Assembly (NCBI GenBank): GCA_964035545.1
Contig: OZ037765.1
Span: forward strand, 25,109,504 to 25,173,503
Source: Bugula neritina
Taxonomy: Eukaryota > Animalia > Bryozoa
Direction: 5' to 3'
Length of the DNA: 64,000 bases
Under the pieces are notes generated by a model. The model did not search any database, was not told the origin of the DNA, and saw only the letters and a list, made by a program, of their open reading frames with translations. Shown in pieces: positions 20,235 through 33,200 of this stretch. Position 1 is the first letter of the stretch, and each line of letters begins with the position of its first letter. A program made the position numbers and the translations under genes.

Positions 20235-22890
20235 CTAAAACAGTGAAATATCAAGAGTCCATATCAAGAGCTCAGTTCATACCTTTTATTTAGCTACACA
20301 GTAGGTTAAGTATGACTAATTTAATAACCATTTTATTCTGTAGTTTAGACTATTTCATATTTCTAAAAACTTCTCTTTTAAAAACCATCCAGATCTTTAA
20401 TTAAACCATACAAAAAATTATTCTGATTTGAAAAAATTAAGCAACGGCTACATAAAGCAGTAAACATTTGCTTTGGAGTTACCTCCCACGGCCAATATGT
20501 TACCAGTAGCGGTGAAACTCAAGTCACAAATTGTATTTGCCAATGGCTTTACTGTTTTTTATATAGATTATTTTGTTTTGAAATCTCGCTATTCTCAATA
20601 TTGTGCAATTGTTTGGAATAAAAACAAAAACTGGGCTTGCTAAATAGTGATTGGCCAATTAGATAACTACCACAAAAACTTATAGAAGTATTCATCAAGC
20701 ATTTTGATCACATGACACCTCACACAGAATAGCCTAATTTCCCGCTTGTGCAAAGTTGTCACTAGCAGTCTGTGCGAAAATCCACTTCATGTGGCCTTAG
20801 CTTTACTACAACCAGGTTGCATTTTTTTGGAACAACTTATATGAAATGGATGGATAAAACAATTACTAGAGTGTATTTCTCCATCTTTGAAACCTACAGA
20901 TCTGAGATAAAAGCACTAATAATTTTTGCAATGACATAAATCTCACCAAAAACTAAATTGACAAATGGTTTTAGTTTAGATAGGTAGGCTAGCAAACACT
21001 AGTTGAAAAGCACATGCAACGATTGATTTTAATCAACCTACCTCATTTTAATAGTCCGTGTAACTTTTATTATAAATTTTTACCCTCATTTGTGCTGGAA
21101 CAGTATTTTGTTTGTGTGCTGGTTCTCCTATTCCAATAGAAAACAGTAAAATATATAAAACTGGAATATTGGATAAAATGACCTACATTAGGCTATATAT
21201 AGTGTTACCCCTTATATAAAATACAACTGCCAATAACAGATTAAGATATAAAATATGTCTTGAAACAGTGATTTCAGATTGATGTATAGGCAAACAATAG
21301 TGTATAAACACAAAGCTAAAATTTCTGTATACTACAAGTCTATTTACTCTGAACTAAGTCAAGTAAATAAACATAATGTATTTATATTTTAGTACAGTAA
21401 AGATAAAAAATTGTATAATATAAACAACTGATGAAGCTTTTTAGTACTTTTAGCTGCTCTTTTATAAATTTGAATGGACCATTGAAACAGGATAGTTAGG
21501 TAAGAACTTCACAGTCATAAAAAGTCTAACAAAAGGAATAGTCTTATTGTTTTTTTTTTTGGAGTTGAATTTTATGCCATTGTGTTTAGCTTATACTGGT
21601 GATAAGTTTAGATGATTTTGGAACAGCAGTCTGTAGTCTTTCAGCATAATAACATATTATTAACACACAACCTGATGCTACTGTGAGTAAAACACACACA
21701 AAAAGCCATTGTGAACATTTTTAGTGTAACTACAATCTATAGAGCCTAGCACACCTGATGTAATACCTAACATTAGCAGAAAATTTCCAGCATGAGAAAA
21801 GTTTTTATCTGCTAGAATAAAAAAGAAAATTACTACGTCCTCATACAGTTTCTCTATCAGTTTGAGAAATCTGCCACTAATATTAATAGTAGCAGTAGCA
21901 CTGTTGCGTGGACTAAATTCACATTGATATTTAATGATTCACATTGTGATGGTCAGATTGTGATTGTACTTGGCTGTGACTAGTAGTAATAAACTTGGTA
22001 TAATTATCATCATGATAATTTTAAACTAAGGATGACAATGAATATGATAATCTGAAAGTAAATATACTCATTCATACTTATTATTAGTATCAAAACTATT
22101 ATAATTTATATTATAACTTATATATAAGTTATCCACTTAAAGTTAATCTTATACTAATACTTATACTTGAACTTATAGTTATAGTTAAAGTTATACTTAT
22201 AGTTATACTCATACTACAGTCATACTGATAGTGATACTGATAAACGATAGTGATACTGATACTCATTTGTGATATACTAATACTCATATATAGTGATAAT
22301 CATAATGATAATGATAGTCATAAGACTAAGCGATAAAATAAATATCAAGTTCAACTACTACTAGTAGTAGTACTTACAGTTACACGCAAAATAAATCAAA
22401 GTTTTCTCAGGCTCATCTTTTATAAACTGATTTCCATGTGCAGCTGTGTACGTGACTTTTGACCAGCAAATGCATCTAGCTCATTGGATTACTGTAATAT
22501 TAACAATAGAAAAAATTTGTTAGGAAAGACAACTCTATGGTAATACCGAAGATCAACACCAAATGCAAAAATGATAATAATATTATAACTAGTGCTTTTA
22601 TACATTTTGTATAACCATGACTATGTTGCATTAATATAGTCTTACCTCGCATTCAATTTGTGTAGGCTAATACTATATTTGTGGCTATTTATACAAGAAC
22701 ACTCAACTTTGCTGTATTGTGTCAAGACTTACTATAAAACACAAGTCAAATGATTCATATCAGGCATATTAGATGTAGAGTACGCCAGCATGGTTTAAAT
22801 GAAGTCATTACTAATACAGGCTTTTAGTCTATATATATGTAGTAACTATAGTGAAACTTGCCTACCAGCAGAAACAAAACAAAACATGTG

Positions 22891-22891
<1 letters not shown>

Positions 22892-22986
<95 letters not shown>
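22892..22986. repeat. (AT)n microsatellite followed by TG/TA-rich low complexity to ~23270
   Basis: About 47 AT units; explains the YIYI ORFs in the track. Confidence 0.95.
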
Positions 22987-22989
<3 letters not shown>

Positions 22990-24219
22990 GCCCACAGCGG
23001 AATCAGATGGTGTTTCAGAATTGCGCTTAGAGCTGGCAAGACTACAGCCGTCTAGGTGAGAACTATGTACATGTGTGGGTGTGCGTGTGTATAAATATAA
23101 GTGTGTATACCATGTGTGTATATAATGTGTGTGTATATAATGTGTGTATAATATAATGTGTAATATATAATGCATAATATACAATGTATATAATGTGCGT
23201 GTGTATAATGTGTGTGTATATAACGTGTGTGTGCGTGTATATAATGTATATATAGTGTGGGCAGTGTGTTATAATAATAGGCCTATATGTACATACTTGA
23301 CTATATTTAGAATAATAACTTAGCCCAGAGGCAATACCTTGCTTTAACTATTCTATAATTTCTATTTCAACTTTATTAATATCACACTTCAACTTCCCTT
23401 TGATACATATGTACAGTGTATTAGTTGATCTTATTAATGAGAAACGGTTAGATATAATATTTTGCAGCTAGTTACGTTAATTGCAACTTGTGTACTTTAA
23501 AAGAGGTTTTGAGAATTGCATTATCTTTATAGTAAAGAAAACTCTTGAATATGGTGCAGTTTACGAGTATAAAACTAATTATTATAATGTTCATAGCCCT
23601 CAATGAGCAGTAGTGGCATTTTATCCATGACAGAGTAGAATGTATGGATGCTTGTTCAACATGCACCAAATTTCCTGAAGACCTTTAATTCAGCATTAGA
23701 CTAGCAACCAATAAACAAGCTCAAATGGCGCTGTCGCAAGTTGCATCTGGGACAAAAAATTATTAGCGAAGCCAAATAATCAATAATAACAAATATTAAT
23801 TTTTGTTAGTTCAATTATTATTGCAGACTTGTGTAAAGCTGTTATGAAAGTGATAAAAGTTCATAAACAAACTACTAACCTACCATTTATCACTATTTAG
23901 TATATTACTAAGTCTTTGGCAACACATTAAAATATTATCTTCCCAAAGCAAGATAAATGTTGAGTACTATAGAGTTACTTTCTAGGAGTGAGAGCTATCA
24001 CAGATAAGTTAGTGTCAGATTATTAAGCTGCGAGTAGAAGTTTTAAACTGACAACAGTATAAACTAAAAATCCAAATGATTTTTTCTAAACAATTAAATA
24101 GTAAGAAAATGAACTACTTAAATAAAATAAACATTTGGCTTGTATATTCTAAAATAAAGCATACAAAGATCCTAATAGAATAGAGGTGCAAAGGCTAAGA
24201 AATATTCTATAAACTATAA

Positions 24220-27200
24220 TTAATTTCTCCGCTGTGGAATTGGAGGTGGAACTGGCTTAGGTGTGGTTTTAGAAGATTCAAACGACGGATTAAAGTCTAG
24301 CTGAGCCCCATTGTTTAACCCAGTTCTGCTAGGTTCATCATTAGTTGAGGAAACTACTGGTGTTGTGCTATCGGACTGATTAACTATTTTGTGATTGTGA
24401 TTCAATTCACTATCAACTGCTGTCCCATTTTCAGTGTTTGCAGTGTCAGCAGCATCATTTAAAGTTGGAATGTTTAGGGTTGTGCTAGCAGAAGGAAGAT
24501 TGTCACTTGCTCTAGAAGGTATAGGGGGAGGAACTCTGTTCTTTATATGTGCTATGTCATCTTGTGCTAGCTTAGAATCATAAGTACTGTTGGAACTGAA
24601 TATAGACTGAGAACTGACAGCCCGAGGAACTGGCTTATCACCGCGGCGGGTAGGTATAGGTGGCGGGATTCTTTTGCCTTTCGTATCGTCTACTTTAGTT
24701 GCATTTGTCTCCAAAAGAGAAATGGGTGTAAAAGGGTTACTAGGTGCTGGGTGTGCTGTACTATTCATAGAGTTTGAGGAAGCTGATCTTGGAATAGGTG
24801 GTCTGACAGGAGCGACTCCAGCTTTAGAGTGAAAAGTAAAACAATAATATAAATTTTCCTAATCACAAAATTAGATTCAATAGAACGTTAAGACACAATG
24901 TGATTAGTCTATAACAGAAGCAACAACGTACAACAAATACACTTACCACAACATGACACTCATTGATCTGTATTTAAACATTTCAAATAGAACATTATAG
25001 GTAAGTTATGCATTCTTTTTTACATATTTATTCAAATTATCTAAAAAAAATGAAAAGTTGATTTACTGGGCAAAAAATAGTAGTGAACAAATAGTTATAT
25101 TAGCAAATAAATTTTTTTTATGTTTTTACTGATTGAAGAATAACATTTAAATGTAATAGTGAACTAGTAGAAGCTTACCAGCCTTGACCTGCGGATTAGG
25201 GTTATCTCCTTCTTTGTTATTGAAGGAAGGAAGTAAGGGAGCGGGTAAACTCCCACCTTCTGCTCGTGTAGACTGACCTGTCATGAGCGATTCTATAAGT
25301 ACTTTAGCTTCATCTTGAGTTTTAGCTCCAGAATGAGAAATATTCGTTGGGCTACCAATAGTGCTTGCCTATTCAATAGAGAAAATTCCAACTATAACAA
25401 ACATTTTATTAAACAAAAAATCTTGAAAAATTCTTTGCCACTTGTTACAAACCTGACTGATAATCTAAAGTAAACACTTACCAGTCGTCTATTTTTGGAG
25501 CCAGAAGACTTTTCTCGCATCACTACAGGTTGAATAGGAAGAACATTGTGACCAACAAGCTCTGAAAAATGGGAAATCATAAGCATTTAGTAAATAAACA
25601 GTGAAAGCCTGACCTCACCCTATAAAGATGTCATTTATTACTTGAAGATAGCAGCATACAATTCACAATTAGTCAGAATGGGACAGTTTCACACTATATT
25701 TACAGGACTGTTTAAACAATAATACTGTATGAGGACAATGCAAAGTTTACTAGCAGTAAAATTAAACAGATGGTGTGATAGTAATACCTGGCTTTCCCAC
25801 ATTCAAAGTTGGATCAACACTGAATGGATCACTTTGACTACCTGTCAGCAGATCTACTTCTTTCTGAAAATAAAATACAATGTCATTAGACAGCAAAAAT
25901 ATAACTGATTAAACAGAAAGCTTGGTTAAGTTCTAGCTAAGAAAAATTACAGATGCGAAAATAAATTTGGCATCTGACATTATAATTATTAAAAATACAG
26001 AGTCCTAGAATATATATAATAGATAAATAATAATTCCAATACCATGTAAAGATGAGAAAATTACAAGGAACTAACTGACTGAAAATTGCAGGCATTAATC
26101 TGTGTTGACTATTTATAAGGTGAAATGGTGCAAAGTAGGATATGAAGCAACTTACCATAGTAGCAGAAGGAGGAGGAGAGGAAGTGAGCAGATCTTTGGG
26201 AGGCTCAAACTTTTTCGGAGGAGGGGGACGTGAAGGTGGTTTACTAGGCCTGACTGGTGGCACTTTTTTTGTACTGAAATCTTCCAGCATATTTTCTGGT
26301 GTATTTCGACCTAGAACATGTAGATTGTACATTTACCTGCGAAACAATATTACAACTATGTGTGACTGTGCTGTACCTCAATAACTTATTTACATATTTT
26401 CCTCATTGTATAAGTTATTAAAAACATGAATGTAACATAAACCATAACACATTCTTCTGGCATAAAAATTGAACAAGTACTCAAGTGTGTTGACTTGAAA
26501 AGAATTTTAAGAAAAGCAGAATTTCTGTCACTAAACTTTTTAACTCTGAAGCTCACAACCAAAATACTTTGACTGTGAAATTGTCTCTTAAACTAAAATA
26601 TAAACCAAGCCCCAATTATTTTTTGATGAGCAATAAAATTGTTACAAAAATGTTGAACAACTTTTCCAAATAATTTAAGGTCAAATTTATTTGTGTCATA
26701 AAAAAGTTTTCTGGAGCGACATAAGTCAATACTTGGCTTAATTAGAAAAAAATGAGCATGATAGGTTTGAGCATACCAGAGACAGAAGGAGTTACTGATG
26801 AAGTATTAGCTTCCATAAAATCTAGATCTTCTTCATCTTCAAATAGAATATACACAAACATTAAACTGTATTAAGGAATGTTGCAAAAACACTGTTTCAA
26901 GAATTGTTGCCAACATGCTTCTATACAAAACATTGTGACCCATGAAATGATTTTGCAGAAGTTGTTGCTCACCATCATCAACAAAACTCATAGAGCGGTG
27001 TCTAAAGTCATCTCCAAGCAAGCTATTGGTGATTGCAGAGTAGAATGTAGATTCCACAATTGTGTCTCTTTTTAACTCATTCTTTACGTTGTCCTTCCAA
27101 ATGGGCATGTTTAGTCTCACCATTATAGTCTGCTTACCAAGCTACAATATAATGAAGTGGATCACTACCCCGGTATATAGTTTGTATGCTTAGTTTTATT

Positions 27201-30200
27201 TGACATAAGACAGCCAACAACTTTTAATTAACTAAATTCCCCATCTAAAATTTATTATATCAATGCCATTATAGCCTAACTCAATGACCTATATAAATAA
27301 ATGAGTGAATGAACAAAATACAAGATGCATATATAAATAAATAGTTTTACTATATTTTTAGAATTTGGTGAAAATTTACTATTTCATTTATAAAAACTTA
27401 AGCAAATTTTATAACTTGATGTCAAGAATTTAATGTATAAAAATATCAGTAAGCAGTTAGACAATAATACATCAGTTCATGCACCCAGTTGAATTGCAAC
27501 AGGTGTTGGTGAAACTAGATAATACAAAACTCAACGTAGAAAACTCAACCCAAAGAACAGTTGAGTGGAGAATTGAAAATTAAACATCAAATATGCAAGA
27601 AGCATAAAAAACAGACATCAGATTGATGAGAGGACGACCTTACATCGTGCATATGACAGGATTGAGGTAATTGTAATTGGTTGTAATTAATTACATTTTT
27701 TGAAGTAATTGAATGTAATTTGTAATTAATTACATTACATTTCAACTGTACTTATAATTGTTATTGTAATTGACAAATTTTCATGTAATTACATTCACAT
27801 GTAATTGACCCCAACCCTGGCATATGAAGACAATGCAAACAAGAAGAATATGTGAAACACAATAAGGGGACAATTGAGCAGTTATGAGTGTACATGTACA
27901 TTATGCAACAAGTAAATTACCAGCATAAGCGGTAAAAGATACACAGAGCTATTTTCATACCTGCCAGTCATTAAATTTCCGTACTGCTAAAAGAGCCATT
28001 CGACCAGAGATGAAGGTCAAAAATATTTCAGTAGCTACAAATCTACAAATCAGACAGCATACTAATTAAATACTGAATATAAGAAAACTGCGCAACACCT
28101 TGCAGGCATATTAAATAGATTTTTGTTACTAAAATTGCTTTCTCAGAAATAAAATTGATTCAATATGCTTGTTAGTGAAAGATGATTTAATAGAATAACA
28201 TCTCTATGTAGTATATTACCTAGCCAAGATAATTTCACCAATGGTGGAAAATTCTTCCAGTATTCGATCAGCATTTTCATCTGGTATGACGTCATTATCA
28301 GAAGCAGAGACAATAACTGTGCCATCAGTGGGTCCTTCTTCTTCCACCATTGCCTCTAAAACTTTGTCCTTCACCTTCCTGTCAACCTTGAGAATAGGTA
28401 TGTCTATCAAAGCTTTCACAGGCCTGTAAATATTATTTTAGGTCATGACATTATGATTGAAATTTTTGTATAAAATTCCAAATATCCTCAATAAATATTC
28501 TAAAAAGTTGCCACCAATTCAAAGGAATTAGGGACCTGTGATCAGAAGTCTTCAACTCGGCTCTGTTATACACTCTTAGTACACCCGGTGTCCACTGAGC
28601 CTCGTCTATTCCAATCAGCTTGTTTCTTTTCCACAGACAGCGGTCTGTCCAGGAAGGAACTCGGGCTTTCTCACTGGTGTCGTAGTCATCACAAAACACG
28701 TCGTACTTGTATGTGGGGGCAAAGTTTGGCACCCCCTCTTCATAACCTTGAAAAACCTATCATAAAACACATATAATTCTGTGTAACCTAAATTAGCAAG
28801 CTGTAAAAAGTATTGCCGTGCAATGGAAAAAAATTAACAAGCCTTAGCATATTGGGTACAATGTTGGGACGGAAAGAACAGACACAATGAAAGTAGCACC
28901 ACACAAGCCACTTCATTTACTTCAAAATATCAGTTTCATCTTAACCATACATCTTTACTGTAAAATAATCATCAGTAGAATGAAATAGAAGTAACTTCTG
29001 TGGATACTAAACGGCAGAAGCCAAAACATCATAAGACTGCATTCCTATAAACTAACATTGCCTTCTTTCCGCTGTTTCTGCAGCTGATCGGCATTATGGA
29101 GGAACGTCCAGTTACCATCTTTTATTAACATCTCAGTTTCAGACTTTGGCAGATCAATTCGGTAGTTAAAATCTCCAACCCAGAAGATGTAGTCATGACA
29201 TTTCAGAGTCCCGCCCTACATTTAGCAAATATCTTAACATAACACTCAACATAACTAAGATTAAAACCACCACAACTATGTAAAGTATCCAACTGCAAAG
29301 CACTCTAGCAAAGAAAAGTATTATGTATAAGAATATTTAGATTATACGCTGATATATAAACTAGGTAGATTATTATATTATAAGAAAGAAAGTTACGACA
29401 GTTTAAAAAAAGTTCCTTTGTTTACACTAACCATGGGAAATGACATTTTACTACAGATTTCAGCAAAATCTGAATTCCTTTCTTTGACCCCGGACTGCCC
29501 CGCAGTGAAGTGAGCACAAACAAAGCAGAGCGAGCTGTTGTGAAACATGAACCTGATTGCCACGGCACCTTTGTTACCGGCTGCACCACCCAAACCAGTC
29601 TTAACACTGTCTGTGGCCACATCCCTGCACATTACATGTAGCAACTATTACACAATGACATGCAATCAGAACAGTACGTCTACAACTTTTCCTAACATAA
29701 ATGTGAAATGATACATTGATAATGTAGTGTTTTTACATGACATGTGAGTGTATATCATGAAACTGTTGGTAATAAAATGCTTGATCAACTTTAAACAGGT
29801 CACACACACGCTCAAATATATATTTAGATGTAAATTTAATGCCAACAATTAATTGAATATTTGAGTATAAACAATAACAATATATGCCAAGAAAGATAAC
29901 ATGGAAAGTAAAACATTGATGGTGAACGCAAATTTACATCAGCTTAGCCACAATTCATGGAATGTAGAACTGGAAGGGTTCTGTAAACAAGCAGCCAATA
30001 AACATCCCCGTACCTGATGTAAGGAGCAAGCTGAGGTCTGATGAATACAAACAGACAGACTCCGACGAGCTGCACGCTGGTCAGCAGAACATACTTCCTG
30101 TCTCTCGAGATGGTCTTCTCCAGTTCAGCACCCCACGCCTTCTGATTGCTCGTGCTGCAGATAAATGCATAATTATCAACTACCAAGTTTTATATTTTCA

Positions 30201-33200
30201 AACTCTCATGTAATTGTCACCTAAACACAAATTTGTGACAAAAAATTTTGATTGAGTCCATTACATACACCAACTTCTAAGCTATAATAATTTTCTAGCA
30301 ACCTTCTAAACACATGTGTACTAAGAGATATGTTTATAGCAAACCAATACATTGCTAGTTATGCTGAATGTTTATTTAAATATTTCTTTCAAATGTCTAC
30401 AAACAGTTCCGCTCTTCACCCACCTAGCATTTGTAATGTTTTTAGCTGTTAAATCAACAATTTCTTCAAATCCTATGGCAAAGATATCTGTCCCTATGCT
30501 AGGATCACCGGTGATGTCACAAGTCTCTACAAAATTAATACTTTTTGCAACTGAAAAGAAAACGACTCTAACCAGTAGACAAATAAATCCATTAATGAAT
30601 TATGTTACATAAACTAATTAAACAAAAAACCCTAATAACCATAATTATAATAACATTTTCTAAAAGTATACAATTTGTATGCTGTATGTGAGCTTGGCAA
30701 TACCAACACGATCATCATGTAAAACAATGTTAATAATGTAACATGGAACTCATAAGATGAAAGACTGTAAGTATATTCATGTCCTTTCTCCAATTTAGTA
30801 AAGCCTGACGCCACAACTACATAGCAACATACCTGGAGCAGCTTGCAGAGAATTGGCATACATGTCCAACAGCCAATCGTCCAGAGATTGGTGACGAAAA
30901 GCTATACTCCTAAACATTGTACCTCCATTAACATTCCAGGTAGCTAAAGCAACTCTGGCATTCACTTGAGCTGTGTATTCCCTATGCTTAAAGACTAGTT
31001 GCTCTACCAATCCAGCTGAGGCTGCAAGTTAACGAATATGCAAAACAACATCAACAATGTAAACCAATAGCAGTTATCTAAAAAAAATCATTAAAACCAC
31101 AAACCCGTTTTGTTGAAGCGGCAATTAAATATTTAACAATACCAATCGAGTATTCTTGTACACTTGACCAACTAACCGTGCATTGTGTTTGTCAGATCTA
31201 ACGTGTAAGCAGCGTCGTCTAACACTGTTCTTTTACGACTTCCCAGTAAAAGCAAGTTTATCGATTCTTGTTTACTGGAGTCCAAAAAGTTGTTCTGTAT
31301 TGCCCGAGTAGCTGATGTAGTCACATCTCGGTACTGCAACCAGATTTAGTTATAGTGAGTTACTCTAAACAGTATATAGCCTAAAGTGTATAAATCTAAT
31401 GCTGAAACAATACAAGAGTTACAAATTGAGAGTTGTACACCCTTGCCTTGGATTTCCCAACAGTCATGGCACTAGTACCAGCATAGATTTTACTGATATG
31501 ATCTCCATTCACTGGCCATATCTGCTTGTAAATCTCTTCAAAACGTCCGACCATTTGAGGCTTGGCAGCCAAGCCAAGCGTTTCCAGTTGCCGAGTCAAA
31601 GCCTGTAACATTAGAGTTCTGATTACTATTTGAACTGAAGGATAGAATAATGCCAGATTAACTAAAAAGTTAAACAACATGTATCTGTTTTATGTTAATG
31701 TAAAATATCTAATCCAGAAAACAAAATATATGATAAGCTACTTAAAAATAAAGTCATTTAAGCATGCAATGAATCCATATAATAAAGTAAAGTGCTAGTG
31801 CATAAAATTTCATTATAAATTGAGAACTTACACGGATAGCAACAGCAGTTTGAACTGCATTAGTTCTATCCAGACAGTCAACACAGTTCGTCCTGACACA
31901 TCCACTTTGTTGCCTATAAAACATAAGAAGTGTGCTACAGAAATACTATCCCCTTACTGCTAGTCTGAAGAACTGAAGGGCGAAATGATGACCAAATTAT
32001 GATTTATTGCAACTTATTAGCACTTGACAGAACTTTAAATTAAACCACTCTATAAATATATACAAAAAACTGAAACGGCATTCTGAATTTGCTTCAAATT
32101 ATGTATTGATATGAGATTTAAGTTATTATTTTTTAGAGGCTTTAAGAAAGGATATTAATAAAACTTCAGCTTACGATGTCACTGAGCTACCATCAAAATG
32201 AAACACTCCAAAATCATCCAAAGTATTCTTGATCTTATCGAGCAACTTGTCTAAATTCTTTGTGTTGTTTCCTCTGCACTCAGAATGATAGTCAAACTGC
32301 TGGTAAAGCATTTTGTTTCCAGCTTGAGATGCCTGCATGTGATTCTAAAGCAGACAAAACCAAAACACACTATCATAAAATATTATGAAACTACAACTAA
32401 CATATAAGAAATGTCATAATAAATGGATCAACTCATGAAGCTTCGTATTATCTTGATAAGGTTCACCAGCATACCTTGAATCTTTCGCCTAGCATGTGTT
32501 CTCCTTCTTTATTGCCCAACAAGTTTATCAATGCAATATTGCCATAATGCTTGTGAATGCCTTCTAAATGACGTTCCAAGGCAGGAGCACAGGCTTCATA
32601 CCCCCTAGAGAACTTAACTTTATGAGAGCCAACCTATAAATAAATTACCAAATAAACTAAACTGCATAATTCAATTCAACGACTTGAGCATGAAACTTTT
32701 CACAAGACACTATTGAAACACAAATAAAAATATTTTATAACAAATATATAAACAGTCATACTTAGTGGAAAGTACAGTATCAAACATTCAGTAATCGAAA
32801 TTGATGCTTTCAATGCTTACATTAAGACCAGGTTGCTCCCAGAATAGCGGGACACTGCCTCTAATCTGAACATACGAGGAGACAACTTCGTCTATTACAA
32901 TAACCTGCACAAAAACAAATACAAGAAAATAGGCACCATCTAAACTTGTTGTTACTAAGTACTGGCACAATATTGGCAAAAGTTAGTGGTGTAAAAATAT
33001 TCTACATGGGAATTAACTAAAAATAACCCTGCAGTTATATATTACTACTAAAGAGATATGGTAGTATAATCTTATTTTCCCCTTATTTATGTAACATTTA
33101 AAATATTCAAGTTGCTATTTAGCCAAAAGGTAGAAAACTAAAAATACTTTTTCTTTGCAAATACATAGAGAAAATCAAGAGAAGCGATTCCTATATTACA

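Noticed and set aside
22987-23055. GC-richer island ending in CTAG, a possible Helitron 3' end
   Set aside because: Only a 4-bp stem precedes CTAG and no matching 5' end or second copy was found.
22799-23184. YIYI-repeat ORFs on both strands
   Set aside because: Translation of the (AT)n and TG/TA low-complexity sequence.
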